Shown here piece by piece: positions 23,233-34,900 of a stretch of 64,000 nt of DNA (its first letter is position 1; each line of letters begins with the position of its first letter). Below the pieces are notes generated by a model. The model saw only the letters and a list, made by a program, of their open reading frames with translations. It was not told the DNA's origin and did no database searches. Origin of the DNA: Bugula neritina (taxonomy: Eukaryota > Animalia > Bryozoa); NCBI GenBank assembly GCA_964035545.1, contig OZ037765.1, forward strand, positions 19,468,995 through 19,532,994. The letters are read 5' to 3'. The translations under genes were made by a program, and so were the position numbers.

Positions 23233-25189
23233 AAAATAAAAGTCGGCTTGTGCTAAAATAAATTCTAAAAGACATAGTAATAGTATTAGTATTACTATTA
23301 GTATTAGTTAGAGTTAGTGATGTTGCAGTTGACGTACTTGTAGTTATATTTATCTTACCGTTTAGTTAATCACTTAATCAAATGTTATAGACTATACTAA
23401 ATGCTTAAAGTTAACCTTATACTCATATAGTTATAGTTATAAATAAAATGTCAATATTAAATTTAATAATATTAGTGAAATTAAATTGAAATGAAAACAA
23501 TAATTATAATGAATAATCATGATCAGATGATCATGATCATGATGGCTATCGGACCAGCATTATTATTACTATTAGTATTACTACTAGTACTTGTATTAGT
23601 ATTTCATAATCATTATGATTATGTAATTTGAAATTACAGTAAAAAATAGTTTTTTATTATTTATATTACCAAATCTGATACTAATAGTCATAGTCAATGT
23701 CATAGACATAGAATTAGATATACTCATACTGTGTCTAATTAATAGTTATACTTATAGTAGGTAGCTGCAGGTACAAGTTTTAGTTTAAAAGAAGTATCAA
23801 TCTGTGATTATAAGAATGCAGAATAAAAGTCAAACTACGCTTTACTGCAATTGCAATAAAATTAAATATAATTTCAATATCTGAAGACTGAAAGTGAATG
23901 CTAAAAATACTGTAACATGTTCATCTCAATTTAACCTATGTTGTTGTTTGCCACCATTCATATGCACTTTTACAAACAAATTATTGTGCAGGTTTTGTAA
24001 TCCAACTTATGTAATTTATGTTTGAAACCTGTTACTTTCTGCCTTACTGGTGATTAATTTGACAGAGTCAAACGTTTGGGCAGTTCTTGTAATGTACTTG
24101 TCTGAGTAAGCAGTTTACATAAACTACAGAAAAAACGCTTCAACTACGAATAGACTTTTGAGTTTAAAATTCAATCTGTTTTGATTAGTGATTTTGAGAT
24201 ATTCTCATACTGAGTTATGACCAGTTGCTTTATAATCACAAAGTTTATTTATACGTGTTAACTGTAAATTTATTAGAATTACATGTTAGGTTAAGTCTGA
24301 AATGCTAATATTTATCTCGAAGAGTCTTAAACCTACCAAAGTTTATCAAATTATTCAAATAATGTTTGACCCTTATGGATCTTTAAATATTGAACACAAG
24401 AATTCACCAACCTTTTCAGTCACCTTTTTATTTTAGCCTATCTTGTTTAAACTCATACTGTGTTTGAGTTTTAGTGTGTTGTCTTAAAATAGTATTTATA
24501 GGGAATTTAAGTTATAGATTATTGTGGGTTTGTGCTCACATGTGTGTGACACAGTACTCTTGGTGTGGTTATTTTTATATTTACTTATGTCTTAAACTTG
24601 AACAAATATTTCAGTTAAGTTTGAATGCCTTCTTACAAACCTTATCAATAATTTGTAAATATTTTGCACATCTGTATTTGTACTTGCTGATTTATTAGCC
24701 AAACAAGAAACATTTGTTTTACTGTTACCATCCATGGTAGCTTTTGCTTCAAGAAACAATTGAATTAGTTGTTTAACCTTAACATAAATTTAGATTTGTA
24801 TTCCCTTCAAATAGAAAATATAAACATTTGAAATTAAGTTAATTATCAACATGAATAGGTAATATTTATTGCAATATTTTTACTAGTAAGTGTAACACTG
24901 CTTGCATATCCTTATCAACCTAATTAAGTATGTTTAATTTTAAATCTTAAAATTACTTCAGTAGTTAAAATTATATACTCTTTTAATCAAAGAGCCGTTC
25001 AACTTTCTACTTTTTTATGATCTTGGTGAATTTCCTCTGGACTTTACTACATATTTTTCTAGACTTTGATTTTTTTAATCAATTGAGACTTAATATTATA
25101 CATGCTTGAACTGAAGTCTAAAGAACATGGCTTCAATTACTTGCTAGCCTCCATACTAATTTAGGAAACCAAGGAATTAGGTTAAAGCT

Positions 25190-28100
25190 ATGGCTCCAGA
25201 GAACTCGGAGTTCCCCCTTCCTGGATTTAACATTAATGAGCCCCTGTGGGACCAGAACAGTCTACTGGGTCGATTCAAACACTATCTGTGGGTAACAGAT
25301 CCCCGCACTGTCTTTACGCCAACATCAAAGTTGTATAAGGCTAAACAGTTAGTAGAAGATTACAGGTATGGGGAAAAGTTGTATTTTAGTTTGAAGATAT
25401 AGTTTTTTGGACTTTGTTGTTTGGCCTACTAGTAAAACAAGGAGCCAATACTATGTGTAGCTGGCTACAGTTTTCTAGTTGATATTTTCTTTTCTGTTAA
25501 GAACTACAAAAAATTTCAAGTTAAGCTACATGTGTAGAAATTATTCTATATATTAAATTTATTAAATGATAACAATGTCGCTGATTACATAACTAGCCTT
25601 GAATTTGACTCAAATTTTGTAAGTGAGAGTTGTCTTTTCAGTTGATGGTATGTCTTTTGTATAAATAATACTTATACTCCACAGTTGAATTCAAAATATC
25701 AAAGTTGAACAATAAAATTCTAACAGTTGATGTATTTGAGATGCATATTCCATTTTCATGCCTATTATTCTATTTATGCCCTTATACCTTTCCTTGTTGT
25801 GAAATCAAAATTATATTACATGACAAATCATTTTAGGTAGTTGTTATTTTGATTTCCTTTTCAGTTCCACTTAAGTAAGGCATGATTTTCATTGTATGAC
25901 AAACCTTTGTTGAGACTATATATTATATACAGAGCTGGCGTGCTGCCCCCTGGTGTTACTAAAGAAGATCTGATCTATGCTAAGAAGTTATATGAGTCAT
26001 CATTTCATCCTGATTCCGGGGAGTTGCAGAATGTGATTGGTCGAATGTCATGTCAGGTTCCTGGTGGTATGATCCTCACTGGAGCTATGCTACAGTGGTA
26101 TAAGTTAGTATTACAGTATATGCTACAGTGGTATAAGTTAGTATTACAGTATATGCTACAGTATTATAAGTTAGTATTACAGTATATGCTACAGTGGTAT
26201 AAGTTAGTATTACAGTATATGCTACAGTGGTATAAGTTAGTATTACAGTATATGCTACAGTAGTATAAGTTAGTATTACAGTATGTGCTACAGTGTTATG
26301 AGTTCCAAGATATTGCAGCTTTTTCTTCTGTCAACAGAGTTTTGCTCTCTTGTTTTTTCAACTGTGGAGTGCTGCGTTTAGCATATTCAGAAATTTTTTT
26401 TTTTATTTAAATTTGAATTTCTACTCCCCATATGTGAATATATAGTTATTCACATGTCTCTTTTAGTTATTAGCAACTGCAGTCTTATCTAATCCTATCC
26501 AATTGAAATGCTGTGTGTTTTGTAGAACAAATTTAGCAGTAATATTTTGGCAATGGATGAACCAGTCGTTTAATGCTCTTGTAAACTACACTAATAGAAA
26601 TGCCAACTCAGAGATAACCAACAAGTGAGCTCTCATTTACTCCTATTGTTCTGCCAACTGCATCTTCAGCTGAATATGAGTTTATCAGAGTTTATGTGAG
26701 CTGTGCCCCATTTAACTGTTAGACTCTTCGTATAGGGGCCACATATTGTCTATCACTTATCACTCTGCTGACAATTTGGTTTACCAAACCAGCTGATATT
26801 TTACTCACAGCTTCAACTACTTAGCAATATTCAACTCACATTGTCAGTAATGTGTATTAGTGTGGACTATAGAACCTGACTATTCATAGGTGCATTAGTA
26901 AAAACTTCAAATACAAGTTGAAGTTTTGATCTTTGTGGAAATTATAGCTTATTGATCATGGTTTTAATAATTATGATGTAATGTTTGTTACTTCAATTCA
27001 ACTAATTAAAATGTAATTAGCTGATATGTTCATATAGGTCTAAGTTGCCCTCAGTGTTTGCATATTCATCCTGCCTCTATATTTGTAGGCAAATCACTAT
27101 AGCTTATGTATCAGCTACTAGCAGTGCCCTGGCTGTGTCGCTCATACTCAAATCTTATTTAGCTAAGGTATACGGTTTAATATCTACTTTAAAGTACAAT
27201 CTCGCTGTAGAATAGGCAATTGAAAATTTTAATAGTCAAAATATGCTTATACACATTTACTGTATCAAATTTGCACGTAGCAAAGCATGAATGCTGTACC
27301 AGATATCTCTATGTTTTGAGTGGTACATTTATTTCAGAGTTTAAAGCTGCTCAAAATGGGTTTTGTTGCTGTAGCTAATAGGCTAAATAAAATCTGAATA
27401 TTAGAAACTAAATGAGAGTTGTGCCCTCTCGAGTTGTATAGAAAATGATTTTTAAATACCAGTCTGGAGTAACATTTGTGTAAGATACAGGTCTAACAAA
27501 CATCAGTAGATTAGTATGCATAAAATTTTTTAAACGGTAGATGCAGAGTTAGTATAAACTCTAGAATCAGTAGAATGATGTTGATATTTGTCGGGTAGCA
27601 TATAGACTGCAATATCTGAAATTTGCAATTCAATATTATATGCGACATTTGGTTCACAGGCAGCCAGTCCTTTTCTACAGAGATACGTACCATTTGCAGC
27701 CGTTGCCTCTGCCAACATGGTGAACATCCCTTTAATGAGACAAAGGTTGGCCACGCTATAGTCTGTACATTTCTATACTTATAATAATTTGATCAATATT
27801 GTCCAACTTCATTTACTCATTATACTTATATTTTATGGTGAACTTGGTGATAAATATTTAGTGTGCTTCTAATAATACAAGCTAATAGCTGTAGATTGAA
27901 ATTCTCTCACATCTATACGTTGTAATCCTGCTCTAGGTGAATACATTTTATAAAATAGAATATTATATTTATGATAGAATTTCGTTTGATTCAAAGGTTT
28001 GATGCAGTGTATTTGTGAGCAGAGCCATACAACATATTTGTCTAATACTTTTGATGTACTATTCGTGCAGGGAAATAGCTAATGGCGTTATGATGTTTGA

Positions 28101-30977
28101 CGAAGCAGGAAATGAGATGGTAACTTCAAAGGCAGCTGCTGCCAAAGGCATCACCCAGGTTGTTACTTCTAGGATTGTTATGGCTGCTCCTGGCATGAGT
28201 TAGTTTCTAATTTATCTCAAAGCTTTTCTGGTGATTTCTTGTTCTAATATTACACTTTATGTAAACACAGAACTCAACCTAAACTTAGTTAGGTAACAGT
28301 TGCTTTATTGTCATTTTAATGCCATTTATGTCTGATATTCAAGTTTCATTGTGCAAACTTTGGTTTAAACTTAGTCATTAATTTTCATATATCAATTAAT
28401 CAAGCAATCTAGTGTTGACTATGGAAAATCTTTCTGTTAGAATGAAAGATTTTGGGCTAACTTATGGTTTTATGCATATGGTATAAAAGTGGTGGCTTAC
28501 CCTGTTTTTAAATGCGGAATAATTGAAGTAGTTGTAAAATAAACATTTTTCAAATTTATGCAATGTAATTTAAATTTTTTGGTTTATGGTTATACTGTGA
28601 AATGCCAGCTTGAAAGCTATATAGTCTGAGATCTCTATTTTATCTGTTATTGTTAAGGGTGGGTGTTAGAACTTCCTGTTGTGCAAGTCAAACTAATGAA
28701 GCTGCAAGCTATAGATGTTATTAACTTTCAGATCTGTTCAAAACATTGTTTATAAGAATGCTTTGAATGTTTTATTTCTAGCTCTACTCCCAGTAGTTAT
28801 GGAATATCTGGAAAAGAAGAAATGGATGCAGAAAATTAAGCCGCTGCACGGACCCATTCAGATCATGGGTGTTGGGTCTTGGTAAGGATGTTTCTTTCAT
28901 GTATTTGTGAAAATGGGACAACTCCAAAATAATGTAGTAACCAAAATGCCATAGTCTAGTGGTTAAAAACTGATTTATTAAACACGAGGTAAAGGTGATG
29001 TTTAGAAGGGCATTTCTTTGCCACAGCAGAAAACAATCCCTTGGCCACTTTAAAAACCCTCTCCACCAGGGGTTCTCACAAGGTTGTGACTTTAAAAAAC
29101 AACAGTAGGAGATTTTTAAACACATATTTTTAAATAATTTTACCTACATTATTGAACATTTTAACTACATTGTCTGCTATCATAATATATATGATTATAT
29201 AATGTACCTTCATGCAGTTTTGGTAGCCAAGCGCTGTTAACATCACATGAGCTTCCCTGAGTACATAGTTTCATTCCTAAGTGACTATATTTTGTTGCTA
29301 GATAATAGATAGGTATTATGACTAAATGGTGCAGTTTTTCTCTAATTTTAGGTTTAAATCCTTCAGCTAAATTTTATCTAGTATCAATGTTAAACTAATT
29401 AATCATCTTCTACAGTTCCTAGGATGCAGCATAACCTTGTGAAAAAATCTTGTAGCTTTTATTGAGTTAGCTGAGTGAATTGTGAAATTTGTGACTTGTG
29501 TTACCTCTAGTACTAGTCAGTACACCTGCTACTAACTTATACACTCTCTTGTTTAATGCTATATGACTAGTTAGTCACTACAGAATTTTGTGGTATTAGT
29601 AGTAAATACAACAGCGCTGGGAGCCATCTTAATTACTGCATTCCCATAAAAAACAAGGCAGTATTTTATAAACATGGCGCTGTGCATATTAGAAAATGCT
29701 TAAATAAACATAATTTGTTCAACACTGTATAACAAGCATACATCTTTACATGACTTGCTGTTCATATAAATTTAACGACTGCCCCACAAAACATTGATTA
29801 ATCCCGATTGAATGCGCAAAGGTTGTTTCAACAAGAAACTTCTGCTTCTTGAATGTATCTCTCCGTCTTTGTGGCAGCCATTTTCAACAATCATGTTTTT
29901 ACAGAAATTTTTCATTGTCAACAGACCGTTTCCCTGTCAAGCTCTTTACACACAGCTTCTCTTGCATGGTGCTAAGTAATGTTGAGTAGCAAAAGTATTT
30001 GCATAAAATTTAACTCGCGCAAGTTTATAGTCACCATCCCTGTGAGAAACCCCCTGATGCGAAGGGGTTTTTGTTAAATCGGGCTAAGAACTTATTCAGA
30101 TGGGGCATAGAAGCAATTATGACTGGATGCTCTTCTTAACATCACCAATGGCCTTTCTCAGGGTTCAAACCCATGACTTTCGTGTTTACTAAGCAAACGT
30201 TTTAACCCCTAGACCACAGCTGCTCCCTTTGCATAAAATGTAGTACTTACAGAAACATTTTTGAAACTAAAAAATGTAAGATATATTTATATTCCAGTAC
30301 TATGGCTATCATAGGTTTTACAGTCTGGCCAGGTCACAAAAACCAACACTGTTTAGGTGTTAAGTATATTTTTGGCAGATTTACGTAACTCCCTTGAATT
30401 AAGTTTCTATGTTCTGCACCCTAGGTCGTCTGCACAATATTAATAACACCTGATGGAATTATCATTAATGCTTCTTACGTCTATTTTACAGCTTGCTGTT
30501 CATGACTCCATTTGCCTGCTCGATATTCAATCAAAGGTGGTAAGTGTTATCTTATTATCATCTCATGTGAGGATGTAGTGTGGCAGCTATTCTCAGCATC
30601 ACACTGTGTGCCCCTCCCACTTTTCCTATTCATAGATTTAATGTGTTGAAAATATTATTCTGGCAGATGTTTAAATACTTGATGTTTTCATAGCGCACAA
30701 CTATCAGCTGTAGAACATTAATTAATGTTATACCGACAAGTAATTTTATTTGCCAATAACGTGTACTACAGATTCACCCTTGATGTTCTACACATATTGT
30801 GCAACTTTTCTTAATACTTCACACGTTTTCATAAAAGTGTTATGGTACTTTATTTATTTTACTAGCGCTATGACATCATCTACTTTGAAATCATTGGATA
30901 GTAAAGCCTATGACAGTCTGATTAAAAAGACAGATGGAAAACCACCAGAGGTGCTGTACTTTAACAAAGGTCTTTAA
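25190..30977 (+). CDS. SFXN2: Sideroflexin (SFXN2-like mitochondrial inner-membrane carrier), 9 coding exons
   Basis: Exons 25190-25365, 25933-26103, 26526-26624, 27089-27167, 27660-27745, 28071-28198, 28782-28881, 30492-30539 and 30866-30977. Motifs: [71 protein letters not shown] and C-terminal YFNKGL. Confidence 0.93.
26086..26304 (+). repeat. 33-bp tandem repeat (6 full copies plus 1 partial) spanning the exon/intron junction
   Basis: The unit TATGCTACAGTGGTATAAGTTAGTATTACAGTA starts at 26086, 26119, 26152, 26185, 26218 and 26251, with a degenerate copy at 26284. Confidence 0.97.
28948..29100 (+). mobile_element. Diverged, internally deleted copy of the tRNA-derived SINE
   Basis: Shares GTCTAG.GGTTAAAA...TAAACACGA, GGTGATGTT.AGAAG.GCAT and AAAACCC...CAGGGG.TTCTCACA.GG.TGTGACT.TAAA with the reverse complement of 30010-30227. 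Confidence 0.65.
30010..30227 (-). mobile_element. tRNA-derived SINE with 12-bp TSD
   Basis: The minus strand starts GGGAGCAGCTGTGGTCTAGGGGTTAA (A-box-like), followed by GGGTTTGAACCC (B-box-like) and a central AAGAAGAGCATCCAGTCATAA resembling the Meta-SINE domain. Flanked by TTTGCATAAAAT at 29998-30009 and 30228-30239. Confidence 0.85.
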
Positions 30978-31741
30978 TAATAGTAATGCCATCCATAAAT
31001 AGGCCTATTAGAAATATTACTTCAAATCATGATATGCACTCTTTATACACGTTTTTTATAAACCATGTATGTAATATTTTACCAACAATTTATGTAAATT
31101 TGGCTCCTTTTAATTAATCATGATATGCATTCACATAAATTGCCTAAATTCCAACTTATATTGATTATTAGTTGAGCATAAATTTTTAGCCAGGTATTTT
31201 TCAACTCATAGTTTTTATACAATTTAATGATCATAAAATGTAGAAATTAATTTTTTTTTTTGTTTTTAAATGGTCATTTATTCGGTAAAATATTGCATTA
31301 TATTTTATATCTACTTTATTTTAGTATTGTATATTCATTATTCTATGTAGAATTGCTTTAGAGGTATAGCTGGAAAATTAGATAGTCTGTGCTCAACTTG
31401 TATTAAACTATATGGTTTATTAAATTTAGTAAACTGTAAATACATGTTTCAATAGCTAATAATCAGAATTGGAAGTCATGCTACCTAAAAGCTACAGTGG
31501 TATGTTCTAACTAGAACCGTAAAAACATAGTCTCTACTCTAACAATAATGATAATTATCATACAAGAAGCAGTTTCTATAGTAGAATAACCAAAAACAAT
31601 TTTTGTAAGCTTGATGTTCCCAGGTAATATAACGTACACGGTACATGTAAGTTGAAAATGCAGCTTAAATCAAATATTCTTTGCTTAGTGTTTCCTATTT
31701 CATGCATGCAAAAAAATGTGTACTAAAATGGAATACAAGGG

Positions 31742-31854
31742 ATTATTCTAGAAGCAGCTCCGAGTTGGGGGTGATTGAGTTTAGAGTTGGGGTTCATTGA
31801 AACTCTAACTACTGAACTCGATCACCCCCAACTCGGAGCTGCTTGTAGAATAAT
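31742..31854. repeat. Near-perfect 40-bp inverted repeat (hairpin or mini-MITE)
   Basis: ATTATTCTAGAAGCAGCTCCGAGTTGGGGGTGATTGAGTT versus AACTCGATCACCCCCAACTCGGAGCTGCTTGTAGAATAAT (2 mismatches). The spacer also contains TAGAGTT/AACTCTA. Confidence 0.92.
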
Positions 31855-31946
31855 TTTTCCATTCAGTTGTTTACATATTCCAAAAATAGCCTGTGTTCTC
31901 TGCTAGATATAAATTCATTGTGTGTAAATTGGATTCGCTGCTCATC

Positions 31947-34900
31947 TCACAACTGGGTCTGCAGGCTGTAACTGAAGAGGCTGTCTTCATTATCTTCATC
32001 ATCCGTAACAATGCAGTCACTGATAGCTGAGAGGTGACTTGAAATGCTAACATCACTTGTATCCCTTTCTATTGAAGGCAGCACAAAACTAACTTTCTTT
32101 TTGGCTTTGAAGGTCATGGTCAACATACTCGAGTAGTTGTCGTAAAATTTTTGTCTCAAAGTGCTCTTTTTTGCTCTTGTCGTTTCAAAGTTGCTGCTCA
32201 CACTTTTATCCATCTGCCTCGTTTTGCTGTGTAACATTTCATTTGGTTGTAGCTCAGCATGGTCTAGGCTGTTGGATTTCAAAATGGATGGAAATTTTTT
32301 AACCTGTCCTTTTGTTGAGTCAGTGCCAGTCTTTTGCATGTTTACTTTTGGGATGGCGCCGTTAGAAATACATTTCTCTTTCATATCTCTATCTTCCAAA
32401 GTCCTATATTTTGTACTTGAATTACCTAGCAATAAAGACTGAGATCTGGGTGTTCCTTTAAGTACAGGTGACTCGGGTTGCTGTATACTAACCGTTAGCA
32501 GCTCATCCCGAGTCTCTTCTTTTCCACAAAGAGACTCGGTGGTTAACTTTCCCAAATATATTTCGTTAGCCAGACTATGGCCTATTTTCATTCTTTCGGG
32601 AGTTGAAGTCGAAGATGTTAATTTATTGATTCGTGTTGAGATATGGGATGGACTGCTGCTAGCTGAGGGCTTTATTATCAAACTGGGCGGAGGAAGGGGA
32701 TACTTGTGTAGCACCTTCTGTGGTTGTAACATTCTCCCTAAAGGTGATGCAAGTACATAACTTTGTAGATGCAATTTGACCTACAAAATAGTAAAAGAAA
32801 TTATAATAGAAAACTAAAAAAATATTACATGTTGGCAATCAAATCTATTTCTGTATGTCATGTTTCATCACTAAATTAATTGTTCATATCGAAATTTTTA
32901 CAAATGCGACAGAAAATACAGCATGTTGTAGCAGTTATAGTTGTTATACATGAAAAGCTAAGCACATTAATTTGTAGTAGCAAGAGAAAAAAGTAATTTA
33001 TCATGTATACTATTGAGTATTTTGTAGCTCACTTCTATGCCTGTTGCTTTAGTCAATTTCAAGCTTCAATGAATCAGTAAAAACTAACATCTTTGAAAAT
33101 AATGTTTAAGAAAACTATGCTGTTTATAGAATAGTACAGGAAGAAATCTGAGAATGTATTATACACTTACCCTGATGGTTTGCAACAACACAAAACACAA
33201 CACTGGTACAATCAATATGCTACTAAAGAGTTAAAATCACAATTCTCACAGCTTTCAAAGACAGAACACTGTTTACATCCTGTTGTTAGTCTGACGGCAT
33301 CTATATACTGAGAGAGAGGTCATTTTTCAGCTCGGAAGAATCAATAAGCCACTAAAATAATTGGCATTGATATGGCCAAAAAGTCATGAGTTGGTTAAGT
33401 ACAGCCAATAGATTGGTAGAAAGTAGCTGCTAATAGCCATACAGTGTGTAATATAAATTGTTGGGGGCACTTACTTTAATTAAAACATGCTAATAAATAT
33501 TTACAACAAGTAAGAGACATTTATTAGGATACTTTCGTAATGAGCTAATTTATTCAATTTATACACAGGATAGTTAAGGGCAACTTTTTAGCTGCAACTG
33601 CCTTGCTGAGGTTTGCATTGTAATCATATAAGAATTCAGTACCAGTAAAATAAAATCTCACCTAATTGTGCTAGAGTCAAAATTTAAAAACTATGTTGTA
33701 GATCTTCTTTTTCTCCAGTGTAAGTTTTTTGGAAATTTCAATTTTCATTTTTTTTGCGAAGTTATAGACAAAAAACTGTCGAATTTTGGCCAATTTTGCC
33801 TGAAAAGCTGACTTTTCAGTACCAGTAAAATATCTCAGCAGCAAAACATGATATCTGAATAAAAATTGCACTGCTAGAATCCTGAGATATTTCTCCAGTG
33901 TAAGTTTTTTTCTTTTTTTAATAACTCTGCTAGATTGCCCATAAATTGGTGATTTATACACTGAAAATGCCATATTTTCTCATAAGAAACTAGCAGCGCG
34001 CAGCACTTCACGCTTCAACGAGCACGTAGGGATGAGAAGATATTGGCGCCTACATAATAATTACAGGCTTGCTAGCTGGCAGGCTATAATGAATAGCTCG
34101 CTTTGTACTTTGTTTATGTAGCACCCATAATGGAATGTTGATAGATTACGCAGCCCTAACGAAGGTTGCTGCTTATTGGTTGTAGTTTAATCTTAGGCTA
34201 AACAATTACAAGTAGGCAACACGCATGCCACCCGCAGAGCAATATTATTCAAGAACCTGAACTACATTTTGAGAGAAATTTATGATATTCTTAGTGAGGA
34301 TGCCCTTAACTATCCTGTGTAATATAAATACTACCACTATTGCTAGTTGGCATCATTTGCATCATCTTAAACCAACTGGTGCATTTCAACAAAAGTATTT
34401 TTTTAATTTCAATAAAAATAAAGTATAACTATAAATAAAAATATATTTTATAAGTTAAACTTTTGTAACAGCAAATTAAATGATTTCTTAGACTGATTTA
34501 TTCAACTATTTCGTTAGTGAAACAGTGTGTGCTATCTCAGTGGTAAAATTAATACCAAGTGTAAGACTATTTCCTAAAATGAAACTGGTTTGTAGCACGC
34601 CATGTAAACTAAACTGTAAGATGCTCTATCTAATTAAACCTATGTTGAAGGCTTTCATTGTGCCTCAGCCATGCAGTGTTACTGAGCATTGATGTACAAT
34701 TAAAAGGAGGGCAAAACATATTATTCTACATAATATAAAAGAAATCATTGAGGTTGATCAACAATAAATATTTTACAAAACAAAAATAGAAAACCTATAA
34801 AAAGTAACAATTCCAATAATCATTACTTGAGAGCACAAATTTACAATATGTGTACAAAAATAAACAGAAGTATGTATTTCTAACACATTGTGATGACATA

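Noticed and set aside
26086-26304. CRISPR-like 33-bp repeats
   Set aside because: Head-to-tail repeats with no spacers and no cas genes, in a eukaryotic exon/intron context.
33171-33230. Strong minus-strand donor (AGG|GTAAGT) preceded by hydrophobic SSILIVPVLCFVLLQTIR
   Set aside because: There is an in-frame TAA just upstream and no ATG or phase-compatible acceptor. At most it is a non-coding alternative exon.
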